Origin: Epiperipatus broadwayi
Taxonomy: Eukaryota; Animalia; Onychophora
NCBI GenBank assembly: GCA_028023455.1
Contig: JAQFVV010000003.1
Coordinates: 24,304,001 to 24,368,000 of the forward strand
DNA length: 64,000 nt
Direction of reading: 5' to 3'
The first letter of the stretch is position 1. Every line of letters starts with the position of its first letter. This document shows positions 27,801 to 39,000 of this stretch, piece by piece. A model generated the notes under the pieces. The model saw only the letters and a program-made list of their open reading frames with translations, had not been told where the DNA came from and ran no database searches. The translations under genes were made by a program, and so were the position numbers.

Positions 27801-29588
27801 TGCATTTGTGTATGGAGACCAAAATTATAGTATCCCGAATTCATAAAAATATTCATATTAAGATAAATGAGTTATTGGAACTAGTTATCCATTTTGAATG
27901 TATAAGTCAAATAAAATGAAAATATTGAGAAGGAAATATGTAGCATTCACTTATGAAGCTTTAAATATGATTAGTTACTCTATTTGGGTCTCTTAACTAA
28001 TGATATTTTAAAAACTGTAACTTTTTGTTTGGGAGATGGAGAAAAAGTTAAGTGATAAAATTGTGCAAGAAAAAAAGATAAATTATCTTTCAAATTAGAA
28101 CCAGAACACTGAACTGAATAGAGCATATAGTGAGACATTCCAATTTACAAAGAAAGATAGTGAAGATGGAATAGTCTTGAAAAGTTATTTTATTTTTATA
28201 GATCAGCAATTCAGAGACACTGACATTTGGAGCTGTAATGTAGAAAAACTATTAATTTATTTGATAAAATGCTTTCCAATAGATAAATTTAAATACTGCT
28301 AAATGATAATCATAATAAATAGAAAATTACCACAGGATTCAGTTTTCTCACATTTTTATATTATTTAAAAATTACATATATACATTAAAACATCAACAAA
28401 AATAGAATAATGTGCAATATAGGTTTTAAGACATATGACTATAATATATAGGCAGTTGTTGTTTTTTAATGATACAATATATGTACAAACCTATGCTGCA
28501 TGGATTTTAATATTATATATGCACATTAAAATACCAACAAAATAAAAACTTACCATTCTTTTTCAGACTCCTTGTAATGAAAATTGGTAATAATGAAATG
28601 CAATACTTAGATTATTTTAAATTGCCAGTTTTTCAGCACATCTGTCTGTAGTGTAAAAGTAACATAGGTCATTTCCTTATGACATTTATATCATAGTATC
28701 AAAGAGATTGCAATGTGAATTAAAATTTAGAATATATATATCTAACTTGAACACTTCATCTTCAAGATTATCTTTTAAAAAAAAACTTTATTCCTCTTTT
28801 CTCCATTCATAAAGTTACTTTCATAATAACTGTGTGTCTTTCTAATCATAATTTATCTTTTGATATCAGGGACAGTCATAAAAATTTTGACATCCTAGAC
28901 AAATTCCCAAGGCAACAGTGAACAAAATGAAACAAAACTTCTCATATTTAAATATTAACTTCACATTAGCTCTAAATGTACATAATGTGTTAAATTGAAA
29001 TAAGACATGATGCTAGCTATGATGTTCCTTTTATGCCATAGATGACTACCTAAGTACACCCATAGCTTGGTCAGACCTGGTTGGCGCTTCATAATGGAAA
29101 GTACAGAGTGCTTAATGATGGATTCACAATTCTAAATGTTTTTCGATGCTGAATGGACTTGAAGTTGAATCACAGATATTGGTCTTACAAGGATGTTTCA
29201 TTTATATTTATTAGTTATTACCTAACTAACGTCTTGCTTAACATTTTTCATTTATTCCTCCAAAGCTTCATGATCATCTAGAGCAGCAATTCCTTATATA
29301 AGTCATTAAAATTAAATAATATATTTTACCTTGAAGTTGGAAAAATAAGTCTGTTCGCAATATTTTTTTTTCTTTGCAAATTATATTCCTTTATGAAATA
29401 AATTCATGGAAAAGTGAACACGAGGTAAAAGATTTAGTATTTTTTTCAAATCACAACAAAATTAATCAGCACGCCTTGAGATAGTGAATATTGAAGCTTC
29501 CTATCTTATGCGAAAGTGTGTGTGTTTTGTAGATTGAATAAATAAATGTCAAGATGCTGATAAATTAATAATATCACTATTACTACGC

Positions 29589-29665
29589 TTAAAAAAGATA
29601 TATTTATATAACTATGCTTAAAAAAGATATATTTAATATAAATATTTTTAAAAAAGATGTATTCG
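29589..29665. repeat. Three degenerate ~29-bp tandem units (ttaaaaaagatatattt...)
   Basis: Direct inspection. Confidence 0.6.
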
Positions 29666-29812
29666 CACACATATATCAATTATCTCTTGAAATTGTGAGA
29701 AAAGAAAGCTAAACAAGTATTCAACTCATAATCTTTAAAGAATAACTGATATTTCAACAGATAGTAACACACGCATACTTATATATTATAATTTTTAATA
29801 TTTTGTTTTCAG

Positions 29813-30046
29813 AATTTTACCATCAAGATTTGGTATCCCCTTCAAATCTGCAGTTGATAGCGCGGTTGGCGGGATGCGAAAACAAACGAAAGATTGAAAA
29901 CTGTTTGGATCTTGCCTTTCATCATAAATATCGAACATATGACGGCACATGTAATAATCTGCAAAATCCATTATGGGGAGCTTCTCTTACTCCTTTCAAG
30001 AGATTAGTCAAATCGGCATATGAAAATGGCTTTAATCTTCCTATTG
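29813..30046 (+). CDS. Pxn: Peroxidase domain 1, N-terminal exon ([10 protein letters not shown]...ENGFNLPIG)
   Basis: ttttcag acceptor at 29811-12, G/gtaagt donor at 30047; [19 protein letters not shown]. Confidence 0.93.
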
Positions 30047-33000
30047 GTAAGTGAATGGATGGGATATTAGAAAGTGGAATGTTACTAATATATATATTTT
30101 TGCGAATGGGAAAAATAAATAATTTCAAAGCTAAATAAAAAATTTCGAGCGTTAAATAAATTTTCCTAAATATTTATATAAATGTTTTTTTTTTTTTAAC
30201 AAAGTTAACTAATCTGAGAAATTAATTAAGTATTAAACCCCATTTATTACTAAGCTGTTGCAAATAAAATTAAGATGTCTATAATTATTTAAGATTAAAA
30301 TCCTTAATAATTTTAATCATTAATAGTTAAAAATCAGTGTTTGAAAGTTTTCATATAATAGTTTCATTTTTATAAAAGTTAACTGAATTTTGTATTTTCA
30401 GAATTATAATTGATCCTTGTAATGTGATGTGATGTATTATGAATGAAAGCATTAAGCGTCCTCTATTAGCTAATTGTGAAAATAAGATATAAGCTGTTGC
30501 AAATTTTTTTTTTTTAAAAAATTGAGCATAGAATTATATATCATTTTTTTTATTAAATTTTCTGCTAATTTTATTGTAATTATCTCAGAAAAACAATCAA
30601 AACTGTAGCTATGGCAATTAGTTATAATTATTGCTGTCATTTAATGTTCGAAATTGAGAAATGTTTAATTATTGATTAACATGCATTTATTCATATTATT
30701 CTGATAAAAAAAAACTATTTGATTAAGAAAATTTTTGTTTTTTTTTAGGTTGGAATAGTTCACGATTATATTTTGGATTTGCAAAACCAACAGCTAGACT
30801 GGTATCGTCATCTCTTATATCCACAAGTACAATTAGTCCAGATTCTGAATTAACACATATGGTCATGCAATGGGGTCAGTTCTTAGATCATGATCTAGAT
30901 TTAGCTATTAATGCAATCAGCCATGAACGTTTTTCTGATGGCATACCATGCACTGGCTCATGCAAAAAAGATCACCCATGTTTTCCCATAGATATTCCAT
31001 CTAATGACTCTCGCAACAGGCACAATCATCAGTGTATGGAATTTTTACGTTCTAGTGCAATTTGTGGTTCAGGAAGTACATCTGTATTTTTTAATACTGT
31101 AATGCCTCGGGAACAAGTCAATCAAGTGACAAGTTACATAGATGCTTCTATGGTTTATGGAAGCAGTGAAGCAGAGGCTCTTCGACTTAGGGATCCCCAT
31201 AGTCTTGGATTAATGAGAATGGGAATTACAATGGCCCAAGGAAAACAACTACTACCCCCAAATATTAATGCACCTATGGATTGTCAACAGGATCCTTCTG
31301 AACGCCACATTGGTTGTTTTTTAGCAGGGGATATTAGAGCCAATGAACAGTTAGGATTGTTAACAATGCACACTCTCTGGGTAAGAGAACATAATCGTAT
31401 TGCAAAGGAATTACCCAAAATAAATCCTCAATGGGATGGAGAAACTATTTATTTAGAAGCCAGAAAAATAATAGGAGCTGTATTGCAGCATATCACATAC
31501 CAGCATTGGCTCCCCAAAATTCTTGGTGTAAAAGGCATGAATATTATTGGACATTATAGAGGGTATGACCCAACTATTGATGCTTCTGTTGCTAACTCAT
31601 TTGCTGCAGCAGCAATGAGATTTGGACATACTATGATCAATCCTATTCTTCAAAGATTGGACAATGAATTTCGAAAAATACATCAGGGGCATTTACCATT
31701 ACATAAAGCTTTTTTTGCACCTCATAGACTTGTTGAAGAAGGAGGAGTTGATCCAATCCTAAGAGGTTTATTTGCTGTTCCTGCTAAAAAATTAAAACCT
31801 GATGAGTTTTTAAATAGTGAACTTACTGAACGACTTTTTGAATTAGCTCGAACTGTTTCATTGGATTTGGCTGCATTAAACATTCAGAGAGCACGCGATC
31901 ATGGAATTCCAGGATATCTAGAATTTAGAAAGTTCTGCAATCTTTCACATGCTGAAACTTTTAATGATTTGCGAGGTGAAATTCGTGACGTAACTTTAAG
32001 AAACAGGATTCAGAGAATTTATGGACACCCTGGTAAGTAAAAGATATTTTATAATTTGTAACATTAAAACTTGAATAATTTTTTTTTTTTAATTAATACA
32101 TTTTTTGTAAAAATATTGTTTTCACTTACAGGTAAAGTTAATTTAATTTGTTGAGATATGTATTTTGTTGTTGTTTATATGTAAAATTAAAACACAGTTT
32201 TTTCTTTTCTATTACTAAAAAATTATAATCTAAATGCAATATCATTAATTTCACAACAATGATTTTACCAGATAATTTTTTTTCTGGATTTAAATTTACA
32301 ATCATAAATTTTCGTGAAATCTCATCAAAATCAAGATGACTAATACCTATTTGGAAGAAATAATAAGGATATCATAGCATGCAGCCTAACATGGAAAAAT
32401 TGATCAAAGCTATAAAGCAACTTCATTTTTCTCCTTAATTATTTTTGAAAGAATTGTAATTGATTTAAATAATTTTAATTACAAGAATAATTATCGATTT
32501 TTATTAAATATATCATTTGATTTATTTAACTAGTATTTTTCTGTAAAGACTTCTGATAATTTAAAGTTTAATCATCTCTGCCCTATAACATTTTTAAAAT
32601 GTATGTATAGTTTAGTTTAATTTTTTAAATGTTTGCATTAAGACATTAATAATAAAAAAAGGATACACTTTTGAAAAGGACTACAGTAGTAAATTAAGAG
32701 ATCTAGAGAGAGGAGGAGTAGCCATATGATTGTTCTAGATAAGATATTAGGCATCTGTTAATTGGATGTAAATGCTTGCAAGTAGAAAGGGCACAAATAA
32801 TGAAGTTGTGAATAATAAATATAAACAAAGGGATTATATAGAAAGTGGGTTCTTTGTTTTTATGCTAGGTTTGGAAAAAGATAAGGGGTAAAAGCCATGG
32901 AGTTGACAAAGATTATAGAATGGAGCAGGATAGAGAAGAATATGGGGAAAACTTAGAGTGGGGAATGGAAAGAGAAGGTAAAGTGGCTAACCGATTTCTC

Positions 33001-36000
33001 TGGATATGGTAGCTGAGAGATTTCTGATTTCGAAAAAGAAGTCACAGTGCATCTCATCTCATCTTAAGAGAGTGAATGACTGAAAGATGATTGATGATAA
33101 TATTCATACTGGCAAGTGTGAACATGAGATTTACGAATTCAAATTTACATATATTTAAAAGTGATTAATGAAATAATAGATATCAAATCTGCCAATGAGG
33201 AAGGGAGATTACTATATTTATAAAATGTTAACAAAAAATTTCTGCGCTAATCAAAGTATTTCCCTTTAAGATATTTAGATTTTTATGATGAACATTTTTT
33301 GGTTTATATGTTTTTTTAACTAAAATATGTTCAAAACCAAAGTGTAACATGAAAACTTGAAAAAAATATATATATTTTTCTTCTTTTAGATTTGAAACAT
33401 GTTTTAAATATTTTTATTTTTTTTGTTTGCATTTGAAAAAAAAAAAATCTTGGAAATGTTTAAAATGATTATTTATTTGAGAAATTTCCCTGTTGTCAAG
33501 ATAAGATAAGTAGTGCGTTAAATAAGACCAGTTAAGTATTTGTAACATTATTGGGGGGAGGGGGAGTGTCTGTCTCTCCACTTATTTAAAAGATGTTACA
33601 AGTTGAATTTCGTTTCACACTATTTTCTCCTCCTCATTTATTACAAAACACAACTTTGTTACAAAATATCTTTTAAAAAGAAGTTATATATATTATAAAA
33701 TTATTAGGGGTTTTCTTCTCTCTTTATTTTAACTTTTTCCATTATAAGCTTGAATAACAATGTTTATCAGATGGTACTGTATTTAACCCCCAAACTCAGA
33801 CTGGATTCTGAGGACTTGGAATTCAAATCTTGAAACCATTACTGGTTATCATCTTTAACTTCTGTCGGTACTCCCCCCCCCCCAATCAAGCTAATAACCT
33901 GAAATTTTGAAACCAAGCTATCTTACTTGCATAATTAGTTAGATCTAATAAGATGCATAACTTGATTTTCTCCACATTGTTTTATTCTATAATAATTTAT
34001 TGCAAATCAAATGACATTATAATCATTGACCTGTGAAGTTTTGATTTTCAATACATCGTAATATGCGGGATTCAAACTCAGACTTTCACACGACCCACTA
34101 CTCTCAGTGCCATCTCATATTGCTAACCCACCTGAATATTGGCTATCTTAATATAAAGTTGAGCACTGGTTGTATATATGTGTGGAGATGGTAATCTGGA
34201 CCAACTGATGAGTGCTGGTTTAGCATGAAATACTATATTGATGATTATTTATCTTTTCAACATGTGTGTGATCAGCTGGGTCAACAATATGAGATGGCAC
34301 TGAGAGTAGCGGGTCGTGTGAAAGTCTGAGTTCGAATCCTGCATATATTACATATATAAATGCAAGTTTAAGCCTGTACAATGTATTAATACATCGTTAT
34401 GTGTTTTAATGACGTAAAAAGCTCCTCAATGTTTAAGATGCTCTGTTTGGATTAATACAGTGCTAGAATGGTAGACCCTGGAGCGCAAAATCAGTGACTC
34501 ATTTCTGTCACTTCGTGAGCTCAACTTTTTATGAACACCCAAGCAATAAATCATTTGATTATTTTTTTATTAATCTTTATGATATAATTCTAATATTGAG
34601 CTGCTAGAATCAAATATGAAAAAGGAGTAGCAAATAACCAACATATAATAGTAAAATATTATTTGCTGATTATAAAACGTATTGGCTACACTAAAATAGT
34701 TGGTTAGTTGTTCAGGAAATAATATGACATTCGATTTCCAGAAATCGTGTGAGGTTTGATTACAAAAGTAACTGGTTGATCTTTAATTTAGGAACTTTCC
34801 CTTGCTCTTCAAAAAACCATTTCAGAGAAATTTAGGAATACATTTGGTATCTAGAAAAAACCATTTAAAAACATATATATAATGCGATATTTTAAAATAT
34901 TTTTCTTGTAAGTTTTAAGGGTTGTACTGAATCTATATAATGCAACCAATGATAACGATTCGTGTATTGATCTCCATAATTTATAACTTGGAATAAGTTG
35001 AATGTTGGAAATTATTCAGCACTCAATTTTAAAAAATTTTTTCCAGCAGTTATTCATTGCCATCTATTTATTGGTTAGTAAATAGGTATCTGGCTATTAA
35101 TAATTATAGAATAAAGTTTCCAAAATAATCAGAATTGATCAGATGACGATGCATTGGATGTCAAATATTAAATACAACTAATATAATTCTTCTTTCACTG
35201 CTGGCAAAGGGGGAGGGGCCTTATTTCTATAGGTGCTGAGCCCACTTTTAAATTCTATTTTTCCATTATTTTTTATTTCAAATTCTTGTGTGTTTTTACT
35301 TTGTGCACATTTTTAAAACGTTCACTTAATTCTCCTGCCCCCCTCCCCTTCTTCAATATAGATTGTACTTCAACCCATTCAGTGCTATTGGATTTACATA
35401 TATATAAATAATTTTAAAAAAGTCTAACATAAAAGCATTGGCAATTCATCAGCTATCGATAGGATGATTCTTCAATTGAAAGTAGCTTGGATTAATTAGT
35501 CACCAGAGGGCTACAAAATAAACAAGTTTAGTGCATTCGAGGCCTACTTATGGCTTTATATTCATAACACTGAGAGTTAAATGAAAGTGCATGTATATAT
35601 ATGCAATAAGTTTATTCAAATTATATGGAACATTTTTTATATAGGGGAAAGCAGAATTCCTTCTTATTAATGGAGTTGGGATTGTTGGTGATATGCCATG
35701 CTTCTTTAATCTTGCACAAATGTGATTGATTTATTAGATTATTCATAACCCTTTTATAAAGATATTTATATTGTGATAGCCTTGTGGTGAGGTTGGCACA
35801 TGATTCATTGTAGTAGATGGCATTGCATCTTGCTTGGGTGCATGCTATCATATACATTGTGAGGTATTTGTTCATTAGGGAATCTTATCTTTCAAATTGT
35901 TTATGAGTCTATTTTTTGTGGGTGGAATGTGATATCTTACGTGATGAGATGTGAGCAGATTTTAATTAAGTTTTTGGCTATACATGGAATATAAGGGAGC

Positions 36001-39000
36001 AGTATCCATGCTCTGTCATCTTTTGATGGATTTGTTCTCATTTTGTTATAGAACTTGTTCACTATCCTTGTGAGCGTTCTATATTTGAATCCTACACAAC
36101 ATAAATCATATAGATATTTCTCAATGTTGGCCTTACAGGCAGCTTCTTGTTTTCATAAATGGTGGTTTGCATAAAGTAACAATGTTAGGCTGGTATATGG
36201 GTTTTGAAAGAGATGGATTCATAGTTCATATATTCTCTTATTTTGAAAAAGATGGATTCATGCTTCATATATCCTCTTATTTTTATTGGCTTTAAGTGAA
36301 GCTTCTCCTTTTGCACATAAATGTTGAGGTATTTTAACCCTTGTTGCTCATTTTCACATTCACTTGTCCAGATTAGTGTGATCTTTGCCTCTAGTTCCCA
36401 TTTAATTTTGTTGATTTGGAGCTCCGAGGCACATATGAAACATTGTAAAAAATTTAAAATCACTTTTGAAATTTTGTTTGGATACTAGAAGCTTTTGAAT
36501 AATAGATTAAGAATATTCTACCTGTATCTCAATTATTTAGAGCTATGTCTTAAACTTAATAAGCTTTTAAATATAAAGTTCACAAATAATTATTATATAA
36601 GTTTTTAAATTGTTAGTGCAGTGTACATGTTTATAATAGATTTTAAGATTAATATTAAAATTAATTTACATAAACAACTTTCATGCATTCATGAAAAGAA
36701 AACTAAAGGCAAATAAATTTTGTTAGAATATCATTAATTTTTTTTTTTAGATATATACTTATTTACTACAAAAGAAATTATTATTATATTAATTTCATAA
36801 CAATTTTCTTTTATAATATTATTTGTAGGTAATATTGATTTATTTGTGGGAGGAATTAGTGAAACACCAGTAGATGGTGCACGAATTGGACCTACTTTCA
36901 TTTGTCTTTTGGCCCATCAATTTAAACGTTTAAGAGATGGAGACAGGTAACATTTTTTCATTCACTGCTTTATTTTCAATGCTTGATTCAGATATTTTTT
37001 ATGTATAGAAAAGTATTAGATCACATGAAATTAATGATAATTATTTTAATACACAGGACAGATAATATATCCACTCACCATGCTTATAATCCCTTGATTC
37101 AAATTCAGGTCTAGTAATGTTGGAAATTTTTTCAAAAAGACTTTGGTGAGGGATTTTTTTTTTTTTTTCAAATACCTAAACAATAACCCAAGCCAACCAA
37201 CCATAATTATCTAATATTAATCGGGGAAACGATTAACTAACTATTCTTAACTAGAAGTAAAGAAATGGTGAATACTGACTTTTCTTCAACACTCCTTTAT
37301 GAAAAGCTTCTGCCTTAAAATGGACAGTATAACCAAAGTAAAAGTCAACCATCCAGTCATAACTATTTAATATTGGTCAGTAAATAGGTATCTAGATGAG
37401 TTTAGCTAGAGGGTAAAACAATGGTGTAAAAATATTTAAATACCATCTCTCAATTAACAAGTCTAATAAAAATTTACTGCTCCTTCACTATTCCTCTACA
37501 AAGGAGCTGTTGGAGATATTCCCTGAAGTGATGATCTATTGAAAGATTATTTTGCCCACCTTCTCCATGTGTTTCAGAGCATCAAAACTTTATATTCTTT
37601 TTTTTATTAATCAGTACATTTAATGATAGGAAATACCATAACTTGAACAAACTAAGAAATAATAAAATGGCATAAAAATTATGCCATTTTATTATTTATT
37701 AGTTTGTAGTCCTTAGTAGAAATTAAAATTCAAAATGCAGAACTTTCTCTTCCTGTATTGTTTTACAATTTACTGATATATTCCTTTATCGATATTATAT
37801 TATTATGAACCAATAAATGAAAGTTTTCCTTTTCAGGTTTTGTTTTTGAATGAGGGGATATCAGTTAATTATAAACCAGAAGTGCCATTATTTTGTCATT
37901 AGAGATAACTGATATGGTTTGAAAAAAAAATTTATAAATATTTAATTTTAGCATCATATTTCTTTCAGGTTTTGGTATGAAAACCCAGGTGTCTTCCGAT
38001 CTGAACAGTTAGCAGAAATCAAACGAACTTCCTTAGCCCGAGTAGTCTGCGACAGTGGCGATAATATTCAAATGGTTCAAAGAGATGTTTTTCTAATTGC
38101 CCATCAGGAAGATGAATGGCTGCCATGCCATCGGATACCACGTATTGATTTAAATGTTTGGAGAGAAGAAATTAATTCCCCACCTCCTACAGGTAACATT
38201 ATAAAGCTGATGTAATGCATTATTTAATCATCTTTACTCTGTTTAATATTTTGCTTAAAAAATAAGCTTATAAATTTTTATAACATTTTTTATTATTTTT
38301 CTAGCACAGCTGAGCTTTAAACGTTTAAAAAAATTAAAATGTATGATTAGAAAATGGCTAAAATAGGCTATATTGTTCTAAAAATTATCTAATTTTCTCC
38401 CCATGTTATTAATAATTTTAAAATTGTTATAGAGATGTTTGAGATTTCGTTATGTAGAATGGGGTAGGGGGGGGTAATGAGTTAGGGTTTTATGGGATTT
38501 GTCGAATTAAGAGAGTAGCTAAAACAATTACATTTTTAATGTAAGTGCACTGAATACATCTGTTTGTCTTTATGGGAAATATATGGGCTGCTCACAAACA
38601 CGCATTAGCCAGCGTGGTGAGTTTATTGGCTTTTTACTTCTGAGTTTAAGATCAAGAAACACCATGGTCTTTTTTCTCAGTGCCTGATAAAGCAGAATGA
38701 ATGTTTGTGTAAATTATAAATATTTTTCCAATACATATATACAATTATGACAGACAAAAATAAAGCATGGCCCTTATTCCCAGGAGGCTGTAAAGTCACC
38801 AACCAAGGCAGCGATTGGTGGCCGAAGGCGGAGGGTGCTAAGAATCTCCTGATTGTGGACCCAGGCTGCCATTTGATGATGACTTTTTATTTAGGTACTT
38901 ATAACTGCAGATCACTTTCAAGTGAAGGAAGATTGCAAGAATTAGAAGAAGAATTGTCTTATATTAAATGGGACATTATTGGACTTTGTGAAGTTAGAAG

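Noticed and set aside
38461-38496. G-quadruplex-like G runs (also poly-G at ~22826 and ~24349)
   Set aside because: Isolated homopolymers typical of decayed MITEs; no supporting context.
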